Shown: piece after piece, positions 39,442 to 48,328 of the stretch | Layout of the letters: each line of letters starts with the position of its first letter | Numbering within the stretch: position 1 is the first letter of the stretch | From: a virus | Virus record (IMG/VR): IMGVR_UViG_3300025395_000007 | Direction: 5' to 3' (one strand) | Length of the DNA: 64,000 nt | The notes under the pieces: model-generated | Databases searched by the model: none | What the model saw: only the letters and a program-made list of their open reading frames with translations | Told to the model about the DNA's origin: nothing | Translations under genes and position numbers: made by a program

Positions 39442-40121
39442 TGTGTGGTGTGCTAGGTATAGCGATTAAAAATTTTACAAAGAAAGACCACGATTTAGTT
39501 CGTGGTCTTTTCATTCAATCTATGATCCGTGGTAAACATGCTAGTGGTGTTTCATATGTCAAAAACGGAATTGTAAATACAGTTAAAGAATCAATACCTG
39601 CAGAAGAGTTTATATTAAAACAAAATTTAGATAATTGGAGAAATGAAGATGGAAACCTTTATTGTATTGGTCATATTAGGTATTCTACTTCTGACTTGCG
39701 TTTTAATCAGCCCTTTGGAACTGATTTACTGGGCATTGTTCACAACGGAGTTATATCCCAAGAACCACCAGAAACTTGGGAAGAGAAATATGGATACAAA
39801 ACAGAAACTGCAAATGACTCAGAATTGATTTTGAAATGCTGGGAACAACATCAAAATCCTTTGAGCGTTTTTCCTGAAGCAAGCATGGCAGTTTGCGGTA
39901 TCAGTTACAATAAAAAATTAACTGCATTTAGAAATGCGGAAAGACCTTTGTATTATTACACTGATGAAAGGTCTAGTGTGTTTGCTTCAACTAAAGATAT
40001 TTTAAATCGTTCTGGTTTATCATCTGTAACTAAAACAAAAATGTATGAAGTTATTACAGTTGAAGATTTTAATCTGACACGGCTTCCTATGAATGACATT
40101 AATGTAGAGGACTTGCAATGA
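39441..40121 (+). CDS. Class II (Ntn) glutamine amidotransferase-like protein
   Basis: N-terminal MCG, RGKHASG, GHIRYST, NQP, HNG, NDSE. Confidence 0.88.
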   Translation: MCGVLGIAIKNFTKKDHDLVRGLFIQSMIRGKHASGVSYVKNGIVNTVKESIPAEEFILKQNLDNWRNEDGNLYCIGHIRYSTSDLRFNQPFGTDLLGIVHNGVISQEPPETWEEKYGYKTETANDSELILKCWEQHQNPLSVFPEASMAVCGISYNKKLTAFRNAERPLYYYTDERSSVFASTKDILNRSGLSSVTKTKMYEVITVEDFNLTRLPMNDINVEDLQ

Positions 40122-41002
40122 ATTACGATCCAAAAGATTATACATGGGGCTACGAAATTGAGTGGGGTGATATTGACAGGCGTACAATTATCCCTTCGCA
40201 TTTAGGTAAGTGGGAATTTGCTGAAACAGATATTGTTAATTTGAATGGCGAGTTTCGTGGCCTTGCATGCGATCCATTAGGTGAATCACCTCCAGTTGGT
40301 GGTGAAATTAATACAAAGCCAACTGCAACTTGGCAAGATCAAGTTGAACGTATTATGGAAATTAAAAAGCTCTTTACTGATTTAAAACAATCACCAACAG
40401 CTTCTTGTGTCAATCATGGTCATCTTCATGTCTATGTTCCTGGATTGAAAGATGATATTCCTGCATTGAAGAAGTTAGTTAAGTATATTCGAGACAATCA
40501 ACACATTACAATTGATAGATTATATCAGTACCGTCTTGATCCTCTTATGTCCAGTGCTAAAACTGCCAAGACATATTTGAAGTGGGATGGTGGTCGTCCA
40601 ATGCCCGACTATATGTGTAACAACATTATTAGTCTTACACAGGACTTCGAGCATTTTATTAAACTTCATGCGGCTGGTAAAGATGGTGTATCAATGGGTC
40701 GGCCATTCCGATATGCAATCAATACATATTGCATGAAACATACTGGAACAATTGAGTTCCGTTGTTTGCGTTCTTCAACAGAGCGTAGGGAAATTGAAGA
40801 CTCATTTAGGTTTGCGGAAAAGTTTATTGAAGCTGCATTAAATGATGGTCCACCAGTAGAAGATATTCTTAGCGAATATGATTATCAGTTTCCTAAATTT
40901 AATTACGACCATGAAATGTATCTCGGCTGGGAGAAAACAAAATATGATAAGTCAAGAGGCAATAAGCAACGTGAGTTCCTTTCAGTTGAGGCCAACGACT
41001 AA
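40118..41002 (+). CDS. Putative amidoligase (COOH-NH2 ligase / glutamate-cysteine ligase fold)
   Basis: GYEIE, GGEIN, HGHLHV, TIEFR motifs. Confidence 0.78.
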   Translation: MNYDPKDYTWGYEIEWGDIDRRTIIPSHLGKWEFAETDIVNLNGEFRGLACDPLGESPPVGGEINTKPTATWQDQVERIMEIKKLFTDLKQSPTASCVNHGHLHVYVPGLKDDIPALKKLVKYIRDNQHITIDRLYQYRLDPLMSSAKTAKTYLKWDGGRPMPDYMCNNIISLTQDFEHFIKLHAAGKDGVSMGRPFRYAINTYCMKHTGTIEFRCLRSSTERREIEDSFRFAEKFIEAALNDGPPVEDILSEYDYQFPKFNYDHEMYLGWEKTKYDKSRGNKQREFLSVEAND

Positions 41003-41498
41003 AACTGAATTCATTGCTTCTCTTACTGATTTAAAAGAAGATAAGTTTGCCAAAACATTCGTTGCTAAATGCAACATGATGGATGATTGGGATAAATGTA
41101 GGGGTGTGTGGATCGACGGTAGACTTGCAGGAGCTATCGTCGTTACCATTTCAAAACGTAAACCAATCACTGCTAATCTTCAACTTCTCCATACTTTCCA
41201 TGAGTTCAGAGGTAAGGGTGTTGCTCGTAAATTGTGCGAGTGGGCAAAGGATCATGCTATTGAAATGGATGCAGAATACTTTCGTGTTTCTGCGGAGTTT
41301 GATGCGGTTCCATTTTATGAGAAGTGTGGATTTAAATTCGTTTGCAAACAAAAAACAGCCAAGCTCGCCATGTTTAAACTTTCTGACCCAGATATTATTG
41401 ATGAATACATTTGGAAAACGATGAAGAAAAAAGGTAAAGGCGGATGCGTAGAGTGTTACGTTGATTATAAAGGTGTTGACTTTTTTCAAGAAGTATAG
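40944..41498 (+). CDS. GNAT-family N-acetyltransferase (start uncertain: 40944 or 40971)
   Basis: FRGKGVARKL (acetyl-CoA motif A) and AVPFYEKCGF (motif B). Confidence 0.88.
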   Translation: MISQEAISNVSSFQLRPTTKTEFIASLTDLKEDKFAKTFVAKCNMMDDWDKCRGVWIDGRLAGAIVVTISKRKPITANLQLLHTFHEFRGKGVARKLCEWAKDHAIEMDAEYFRVSAEFDAVPFYEKCGFKFVCKQKTAKLAMFKLSDPDIIDEYIWKTMKKKGKGGCVECYVDYKGVDFFQEV

Positions 41499-41504
41499 TA
41501 TAAT
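41476..41504 (+). promoter_or_regulatory. Sigma70-type promoter
   Basis: TTGACT-17-TATAAT. Confidence 0.75.
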
Positions 41505-41528
41505 ATCTATATAACTTAGGAGATTGTT

Positions 41529-42806
41529 ATGGATTACGATGCAATCGTTTACGGCTGGCGTAATATTGAAAATAAAATGATGTATGTGGGGTTCCATAAA
41601 ACCCAAGAAGAATTTGATGGATATGTCACTTCTTCCGAAAGCGAAGAACTTAGACATGCATGGTCACATGGTCTTTTAAATCGTACAATTCTTTATCGTG
41701 GAACTGTTTCCGAGTCTATCACTTTTGAGAATTTTATTCTTAAGAGTGTTGATGCTCGCGTCAATCCTATGTTTTATAACCGCTCGAATGGTGGCGGCGT
41801 AGGCTGTCAATCTTTTGATATCATAACAAAAGATATGAAGAAGATTGCAGAAAAGTGGTTAGGTGGTAATGACAATATCAATAAATTAAAGCGTGAATTT
41901 CTCGCTAATAAAAAATTGGTTAAGTCGATTAAGAAAAAGATCGAAGCAGGTCATTATGTTATCTTCGAAGAGAAGATAGAAAACCTTGTCAATCTTCCAC
42001 GCAACCAAGTTCGTTTGGTTGATTATGATCCTGATCATCTTCAAGAAATTACAGAGAGCATGCGATATGACCCAAAGGGTGCACGCAAATTAGTTTCTCC
42101 TGTAATTGTTTCTGTAGATGCAGAAGGATATAAACTAATCCTTGATGGCAATCATACCACAACTGCCGCATATAATGCCAAGTGGACAACCCTTCCTACA
42201 ATCTACATTAACAGTTCAGACTTCGAGGATAACCAAGCTAACTATAATGATTTTGGATTGTTGATGAACCATCATCCAAAGCGTAAAAAATCTAATACGA
42301 AAGAAGATTGTAAGAAAGCAATTATGAATCTTCTAGAGGTTTCTAAATTAGAAATCGGTTCATCTCAATTCCGCGAATGTTGTATTATTAATCTTGAAGA
42401 ATATTTCAGTAAGCCAACAATTACTGCAAATATTAATTCTGTGGCTACAATTTTAAAAGAGCAACAGGATATTATTAAATACAACTTTAAGAAGTATGGT
42501 AAATCTGATATTGAACAAATTACTAAAGGTTGCGAATATTTGAATCCAAATAAAGCGATTATTTCTATCACCTCTGATTCCTCATATAATGCAGGGGTTG
42601 GCGCTATTCTTAATAAGATGGGCGGTCTGGATTGTTGGGAAGGAATTATGCTTGTCAATCATAGAAATATGCACGAATACGATCGACGTAATGAACATCA
42701 TTCTAAACTTATGAAAGCACTTGAACGTATTCATCCAAATGCAAAAGTTGAAGTTCAATACCTACCTTCCTTCATTGATATGAAAAATAATGAACTCCAT
42801 CAGTAA
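41529..42806 (+). CDS. GIY-YIG-like N-terminal domain fused to a ParB/Srx-like domain
   Basis: IVYGWRN...MYVGFH...DGYVTSS...E...FYNRSNG; central PVIV...LILDGNHT..AA. Confidence 0.6.
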   Translation: MDYDAIVYGWRNIENKMMYVGFHKTQEEFDGYVTSSESEELRHAWSHGLLNRTILYRGTVSESITFENFILKSVDARVNPMFYNRSNGGGVGCQSFDIITKDMKKIAEKWLGGNDNINKLKREFLANKKLVKSIKKKIEAGHYVIFEEKIENLVNLPRNQVRLVDYDPDHLQEITESMRYDPKGARKLVSPVIVSVDAEGYKLILDGNHTTTAAYNAKWTTLPTIYINSSDFEDNQANYNDFGLLMNHHPKRKKSNTKEDCKKAIMNLLEVSKLEIGSSQFRECCIINLEEYFSKPTITANINSVATILKEQQDIIKYNFKKYGKSDIEQITKGCEYLNPNKAIISITSDSSYNAGVGAILNKMGGLDCWEGIMLVNHRNMHEYDRRNEHHSKLMKALERIHPNAKVEVQYLPSFIDMKNNELHQ

Positions 42807-43776
42807 ACAACGTAAACAAGATTTCATAAATTGGTATAAGTGGTCGCTGTCCATTAAGGATTGCGACCCCGCCATTTTTATGACCAATTATCTTTTTGAT
42901 AGATTTGAGCATAACAAAGAACAAAAACTTTGGATTGCTTGGATCTATGGTACAACGTATTATCTTCCAACAACATGGGTTATATGGAATGAATTCCCAG
43001 ACTTCGAACTCGTCGGGCTTGAACGACTCCGCGAATGGAATAATAACAATTACAAACGGCTCCGTTATCAAACTGACACCAAGTGGAACAAAGGTCATCT
43101 TCCAGCCCAGTTCGAGTCGTACAAAAACTGGGTGGGAGATAAAACTCAACGCGAAGCATTTGCGCCCTATCTCATCGGAGAGCCAAGAGAAAACTTTGAC
43201 CGACTCTGGCCAGAAATAAACAAGCTCCATAAATTCGGAAGATATTCTTCTTGGTTCTATATGCAAACACTTAAACAGTGCTGCGGTTTATCAATTGAAC
43301 CGAAGAATCTAATGTTGGAAGATCATGACGGTTCGCGTTCACATCGTAATGGTCTTTGTATGGCTCTTGGTCTAGATGAATGGTACGATCAAAAACTTAA
43401 CGCGCAACAGATTAATTATCTCGACGGCGAAGCTTACTACATACTTCAAGAGGTAAAGAAAGAATTTCCCACTACTGATTATTTCGATATGGAAACTTGT
43501 CTTTGTTCGTTCAAAAAACTATTCCGTAAAACACGTGGACGTTACCTTGGGTATTATATTGATAGACAGGCAGAAGAAATTTCGCAGTGCGCATCAGATG
43601 ACTGGAAAGGTATTGACTGGCAACCGCTTTGGGATGCCAGAATTGAAACTTTAGAAAATAAACTGTTGACTAATCGCATAGATAATAGTAGAATGAGTCT
43701 ATACCTAGATTCTAACGTGTTGGATGCCACTGGACTTTTCGAAAAGAAAAGTGTTGGTCTTGAGGGGTTTTTTTAA
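42790..43776 (+). CDS. Alpha-glutamyl/putrescinyl-thymine pyrophosphorylase (clade 2-like) / amino acid:DNA transferase
   Basis: HhH-glycosylase-like LHKFGRYSSWFYMQTL; ETCLCSFKK...RYLGYYIDR; adjacent P-loop kinase. Confidence 0.75.
   Translation: MNSISKQRKQDFINWYKWSLSIKDCDPAIFMTNYLFDRFEHNKEQKLWIAWIYGTTYYLPTTWVIWNEFPDFELVGLERLREWNNNNYKRLRYQTDTKWNKGHLPAQFESYKNWVGDKTQREAFAPYLIGEPRENFDRLWPEINKLHKFGRYSSWFYMQTLKQCCGLSIEPKNLMLEDHDGSRSHRNGLCMALGLDEWYDQKLNAQQINYLDGEAYYILQEVKKEFPTTDYFDMETCLCSFKKLFRKTRGRYLGYYIDRQAEEISQCASDDWKGIDWQPLWDARIETLENKLLTNRIDNSRMSLYLDSNVLDATGLFEKKSVGLEGFF
43666..43694 (+). promoter_or_regulatory. Intragenic sigma70-type promoter upstream of the kinase
   Basis: TTGACT-17-TAGAAT. 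Confidence 0.5.
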
Positions 43777-43896
43777 TGAAAGTTATTGAGATTTGCAGTG
43801 TTCAAAATGAAAACGAATCATAGCAGGTTTAACATAGAGTCAGTGGGACTGCCATCCGTGACTGACAATATATTTATAACATGGGAGATTTTAAAG

Positions 43897-44433
43897 ATGC
43901 GTGTGATAGCGATTGGTGGTGAGCCTGGATCTGGTAAATCCACATTAATGTGGAAGTTGATTAATCATTATCAACCGAAGCCTATGTATGATGCATATAA
44001 GTTAGTTCCATATCTTCAGAAGGATAACATTTATATCCTTGGTAAGTATGAAGAAGGTGAAGTGTTTTCTGGCACTGATAGGATGAGCATGGCTGTCCAG
44101 CCAGAAGCTATTAAATTTTTAAGCACATTAAATGATAGCTCAGTTGTTCTTTACGAAGGCGATCGTTTGTTTACATCTTCATTCCTTGAAGATTGCGCTG
44201 AAAAATATACTCTTGAGATTATCTATCTTTCAACCTTAAAGGAAGTTAGAACCACGCGATACGCAGAGCGTGGTAGCAATCAAAATGAAACTTGGTTGCG
44301 TGGTCGTGAGAGTAAAATTGGTAACATTCTAACTAATTTCGATTTGATGTTTTTAACAGAGAAGTTTTTAAACAACAATCTAGATGAACAGAAAGTAGTA
44401 TTTGATAAAATTGTGGAGAAGATAAATGAATAA
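43897..44433 (+). CDS. P-loop nucleotide kinase, putative hydroxymethylpyrimidine-DNA kinase
   Basis: GGAG RBS; IGGEPGSGKST, GTD, EGDRL, R..RGSNQ...W..GR..K. Confidence 0.78.
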   Translation: MRVIAIGGEPGSGKSTLMWKLINHYQPKPMYDAYKLVPYLQKDNIYILGKYEEGEVFSGTDRMSMAVQPEAIKFLSTLNDSSVVLYEGDRLFTSSFLEDCAEKYTLEIIYLSTLKEVRTTRYAERGSNQNETWLRGRESKIGNILTNFDLMFLTEKFLNNNLDEQKVVFDKIVEKINE

Positions 44434-44869
44434 TAATGGAGGTTATGTAGTAGGTGCTATTGGTTCTACCAATTTTGGGCATTATCCTACTGGATCAAAT
44501 GGAGGAGTTGATCCTAATTTTGATGTAATTTACGATGAATCTGGAGGAGTTATCGGCACAGCTGGTAAATTAATCAGTACACAAAATAAAAATATTTCGT
44601 ATAAATATGGCGAAGATACCTATATTCAAGAAATTTCTGACTATATAGATAAGACATATGGTCAACATTACTCAAAAAATCAATTTCAAGCAACAGAGTT
44701 TATTATTGACTCTGGACATGGCACAGGATTTTGTATTGGTAATGTTTTGAAATATGCTCAGCGTTACGGTAGAAAAGGCACCCGTGATGAATGGCGAAAA
44801 GACCTAATGAAAGTGATTCACTACGCAATGATGCAATTACATGTCCATGATAATGAAGGAAGTAAATAA
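44426..44869 (+). CDS. DUF3310-like protein
   Basis: HY...GFCIGNVLKYAQRYGRK...DLMKVIHY. Confidence 0.75.
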   Translation: MNNNGGYVVGAIGSTNFGHYPTGSNGGVDPNFDVIYDESGGVIGTAGKLISTQNKNISYKYGEDTYIQEISDYIDKTYGQHYSKNQFQATEFIIDSGHGTGFCIGNVLKYAQRYGRKGTRDEWRKDLMKVIHYAMMQLHVHDNEGSK

Positions 44870-45723
44870 TGGAAATTAATATTAATATTGAAGATCTAAG
44901 AAAGCGTAAGCTTTTTGTTGCTACACCAATGTATGGTGGTATGTGTGCAGGTATGTTTGCACGGTCAGTTGCTGACCTCTCTGCAATTTGTACACAATAT
45001 GGAATTCCGCTTCAGTTTTATTTCTTGTTCAACGAGTCTTTGATTACTCGCGCAAGAAATTACTGCGTTGATGAATTCATTCGGTCAGGCGCTGATCATC
45101 TTATGTTCATTGACTCTGATATTGGATTCAATCCTCAGGATGTTATTGCATTGATGGCTCTTCAAGCTCAAGATGAAAAGTATGATATCATCGGTGGTCC
45201 ATATCCTAAGAAGTGCATCAGCTGGGAAAAGATTAAATTGGCAGTTGATAAGGGTATCGCTGACGAAGATCCAAATGTTCTCGAGAAGTTCGTTGGTGAT
45301 TATGTCTTCAATCCAAAGGGTGGCCAGCAGTCTATCTCTATCGCTGATCCATGCGAAGTTCTTGAAATTGGTACTGGCTTCATGATGATCTCGAAGCAAG
45401 CTATGTCTAAGTTCTGTGATTTCTATCCTCAGTATATGTACAAGCCTGATCACGTTCGTACTGAACACTTCGATGGCACTCGTAAGATCATGATGGCTTT
45501 CCAAGCTGAAGTCGATCCTAAGTCTGAGCGTTATCTTTCAGAAGATTATTGGTTCTGTCAGAAGGCTCAGGAAGCTGGTCTTAAGACTTGGTTCTGCCCA
45601 TGGATGAAGATGCAACATGTTGGCACTTATATCTTTGGTGGTTCGCTCGCCGACCTCGCATCGATCGGTGCATCTGCTACTGCTGACCCAAGTGCGCTTG
45701 GTGGTAAAGCAAAGAAACTTTGA
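44869..45723 (+). CDS. GT-A-fold glycosyltransferase-like protein
   Basis: ATPMYGG, ESLITRARN, MFIDSDI (DxD), GTGFMMI, YLSEDYWFC. Confidence 0.75.
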   Translation: MEININIEDLRKRKLFVATPMYGGMCAGMFARSVADLSAICTQYGIPLQFYFLFNESLITRARNYCVDEFIRSGADHLMFIDSDIGFNPQDVIALMALQAQDEKYDIIGGPYPKKCISWEKIKLAVDKGIADEDPNVLEKFVGDYVFNPKGGQQSISIADPCEVLEIGTGFMMISKQAMSKFCDFYPQYMYKPDHVRTEHFDGTRKIMMAFQAEVDPKSERYLSEDYWFCQKAQEAGLKTWFCPWMKMQHVGTYIFGGSLADLASIGASATADPSALGGKAKKL

Positions 45724-45739
45724 AACAAGGAGATATATT

Positions 45740-46393
45740 ATGAAGATTGATACAAATACAATTAGCGTTCTAAAAAACTTTGCCAAGATTAACCCTTCCA
45801 TTATTGTACAGGAAGGGAACGTCTTGAAGACTATGTCAACAAACAAGACAATTTTGGCAAAGGCAAATGTCAATACAAATTTCGGTAAGCGATTTGCGAT
45901 TTATAATCTAGATCGTTTTCTTTCCACCATTAGTTTGTTCAATAATCCTGAACTAAACTTCGGTGAGAAGTCTGTTGAAATTTCAGATGAAACTAAGAAG
46001 ATTAATTATACCTATGCTGATGAATCTACCATCGCAAAGGCTCCAGAAAAAGAAATTAATCTTCCATCTGTTGACGTAATCTTTAAGCTTACTAATGATA
46101 ACTTGAAGGATGTTGAAAAGGCAGCTGGTGTTCTTCAGCTTCCAGAAATTCTTGTTTCTGGCGATGGAGTAAATGTATATCTACAGGCTGCTGATTCAAA
46201 GAATCCTTCAGGTGATGTTTATTCGGTTGCTATTGGTACAACTGATAAGACATTTAAGGCTATCTTTAAGCATGAAAATATTCGTATCATCCCAGGTGAT
46301 TATGAAGTAAGTATTTCATCTAAGGGCATCTCTAACTTCAAGGGTGCTGAAGCTGAATACTGGATTGCAGTTGAGCAGTCATCAACTTTCTAA
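45740..46393 (+). CDS. gp45: Sliding clamp gp45
   Basis: VLKNFAKIN.SI, FAIYNL..FL, YWIAVE; synteny. Confidence 0.93.
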   Translation: MKIDTNTISVLKNFAKINPSIIVQEGNVLKTMSTNKTILAKANVNTNFGKRFAIYNLDRFLSTISLFNNPELNFGEKSVEISDETKKINYTYADESTIAKAPEKEINLPSVDVIFKLTNDNLKDVEKAAGVLQLPEILVSGDGVNVYLQAADSKNPSGDVYSVAIGTTDKTFKAIFKHENIRIIPGDYEVSISSKGISNFKGAEAEYWIAVEQSSTF

Positions 46394-46394
46394 G

Positions 46395-46423
46395 TTGACT
46401 TTTTTGACTGGGGAGAGTATAAT
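46395..46423 (+). promoter_or_regulatory. Sigma70-type promoter for gp44
   Basis: TTGACT-17-TATAAT. Confidence 0.7.
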
Positions 46424-46438
46424 AGCTCTCCCCTTTTT
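46410..46438 (+). terminator. Intrinsic terminator after gp45
   Basis: GGGGAGAG-TATAATAG-CTCTCCCC-TTTTT. Confidence 0.75.
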
Positions 46439-46455
46439 ATATTATGGAGTATATT

Positions 46456-47394
46456 ATGAACGAAGAATTTCTTTGGGTCGAGAAGTATCGTCCAAAAACT
46501 ATTGAAGACACTATTCTTCCTGTACAACTAAAAGCAGTGTTTCAACAATTTGTTGAACAACAAAATATCCCTAATCTTATCCTATCAGGTTCAGCAGGTG
46601 TTGGTAAAACAACAGTGGCTCGTGCTATGCTTGAACAATTGGGGTGTGATTATATCGTAATCAACGGGAGTATGAATGGCAACATCGATACGCTTCGCAA
46701 TGAGATCCTCAACTTCGCCTCTTCGGTCTCCCTCAGCGGAGGAAGAAAATACGTTATCCTTGACGAGGCTGACTATCTTAACGCAAACTCCACACAGCCA
46801 GCCCTCCGTAACTTCATGGAGGAGTTCTCGCGGAATTGTGGGTTCATTCTCACATGTAACTTTAAGAACAGAATCATCGAGCCACTTCATTCTCGGTGTT
46901 CAGTAATTGACTTCAAAATCAGCAAGTCTGATATGGCTAAGTTAGCTGGACAATTCTTCAAACGTGTTCAGATGATTTTGGATAATGAAAAGATTACCTT
47001 TGATACAACTGTTGTTGCAGAAGTAATTAAGAAACACTTCCCTGATTGGAGACGTGTTCTTAATGAGCTTCAACGATATTCAGCAACAGGTAGTATTGAT
47101 TCTGGTATTCTTGCCAATCTTCAGCAAGTGTCTCTAAATGAATTAGTTTCATTGTTGAAAGATAAAAACTTCAGCGGCATCCGTAAGTGGGTCGCCGAGA
47201 ATCTTGACAATGATCAAAATACTATATTTCGGAAGCTCTACGACCATTGTTCTGAATTTCTTGTTAAATCAAGTGTACCCGCTCTTGTTCTTCTTCTTGG
47301 TAGGTATCAATACCAAGCAGCTTTCTCGGCCGATTCCGAGATTAATCTTATGGCTTGTTTAACAGAGATGATGATGGAATTGGAGTTCGTATAA
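46456..47394 (+). CDS. gp44: Clamp loader large subunit gp44
   Basis: LWVEKYRP, GSAGVGKTT, LDEADY, SRC. Confidence 0.96.
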   Translation: MNEEFLWVEKYRPKTIEDTILPVQLKAVFQQFVEQQNIPNLILSGSAGVGKTTVARAMLEQLGCDYIVINGSMNGNIDTLRNEILNFASSVSLSGGRKYVILDEADYLNANSTQPALRNFMEEFSRNCGFILTCNFKNRIIEPLHSRCSVIDFKISKSDMAKLAGQFFKRVQMILDNEKITFDTTVVAEVIKKHFPDWRRVLNELQRYSATGSIDSGILANLQQVSLNELVSLLKDKNFSGIRKWVAENLDNDQNTIFRKLYDHCSEFLVKSSVPALVLLLGRYQYQAAFSADSEINLMACLTEMMMELEFV

Positions 47395-47771
47395 TGAACC
47401 CATTTGATTTTGTCAATTCTATTCTTAAAACAAAAAAAGATATAATGATAGATGCCGCTTCTGAGAAGGGGTATTCTTCATTCCTTTGTAATAGAGCGTT
47501 ATCCTATCACTCAGATGCTATTCTATATGCTAACGAGATGAATATCAACCATCATCTTGATTCAAAACTTCAATTCCATTATTTAATAAATACAATACGT
47601 CCAGCTAGCAGACCTTCTGTTAAGTGGGCGAAGCGTAAAGAAAATGATGCGATTGATGCTATACAGAAATACTATGGCTATAATTATGAAAAAGCCAAAG
47701 TAGCACTGTCCATCCTTTCTAAAGAACAAATAAAAATAATTAAGAACAAGTTTGAAAAGGGTGGAACATAA
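47394..47771 (+). CDS. gp62: Clamp loader small subunit gp62
   Basis: NRALSY..D...ANEMN, YYGYN.EKA, C-terminal GG. Confidence 0.92.
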   Translation: MNPFDFVNSILKTKKDIMIDAASEKGYSSFLCNRALSYHSDAILYANEMNINHHLDSKLQFHYLINTIRPASRPSVKWAKRKENDAIDAIQKYYGYNYEKAKVALSILSKEQIKIIKNKFEKGGT

Positions 47772-48173
47772 ATGAATAACTTATTGGATTCTTTAATTGA
47801 GGTGAGAATAGCAGAGGAAGAAGATTTCTTAAAAATTAAGGAAACTCTAACAAGAATTGGTGTAGCCTCTAGGAAAGAGAAGAAACTATATCAATCATGC
47901 CATATCTTCCACAAACAAGGTAAATATTACATAGTGCACTTTAAGGAGATGTTTGCTATTGATGGCAAACCTTTTAATTTCTCTGATGAGGATAAAGGTC
48001 GCCGTAATAAAATAGCAGAGCTGCTTCAAGATTGGGGTCTTTTAAAAGTCGTAGAATCGGATATAATCAAAGAACCACTTGCTTCCATGAGCCAGATTAA
48101 AATTATTAATCATAAAGAAAAGCACGAATGGACTCTTGAAGCCAAGTATAACATGGGGCGTAAAAAGAAATGA
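47772..48173 (+). CDS. regA: Translational repressor RegA
   Basis: DFLKIKETLTRIGVAS...LYQSCHI.HKQGKYYIVHFKE. Confidence 0.96.
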   Translation: MNNLLDSLIEVRIAEEEDFLKIKETLTRIGVASRKEKKLYQSCHIFHKQGKYYIVHFKEMFAIDGKPFNFSDEDKGRRNKIAELLQDWGLLKVVESDIIKEPLASMSQIKIINHKEKHEWTLEAKYNMGRKKK

Positions 48174-48328
48174 AAACCTGCCAGGAAATAGAAGTTGCTA
48201 TAAACGAAGTTAAGAAAAGGTTTAAAAAGAAAAAACCTATTGCTAAAACAAATTGTAAAACAACTAATCCAGGCACTCGATGTAAAGAATGTAATTGTTG
48301 GAAAATGACTAGGGAGTACTGTTCGTAA
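48170..48328 (+). CDS. 52-aa basic Cys-rich protein (not in ORF track)
   Basis: ATGA overlap with regA and TAATG overlap with the next gene; MKTCQE...NCKTTNPGTRCKECNCWKMTREYCS. Confidence 0.6.
   Translation: MKTCQEIEVAINEVKKRFKKKKPIAKTNCKTTNPGTRCKECNCWKMTREYCS

Noticed and set aside
231-47000. Numerous short alternative-frame and antisense ORFs inside long genes (e.g. 588..851, 3500..3814, 39010..39384, 45085..45504)
   Set aside because: They are fully nested in well-supported genes and are expected by-products of biased codon usage.
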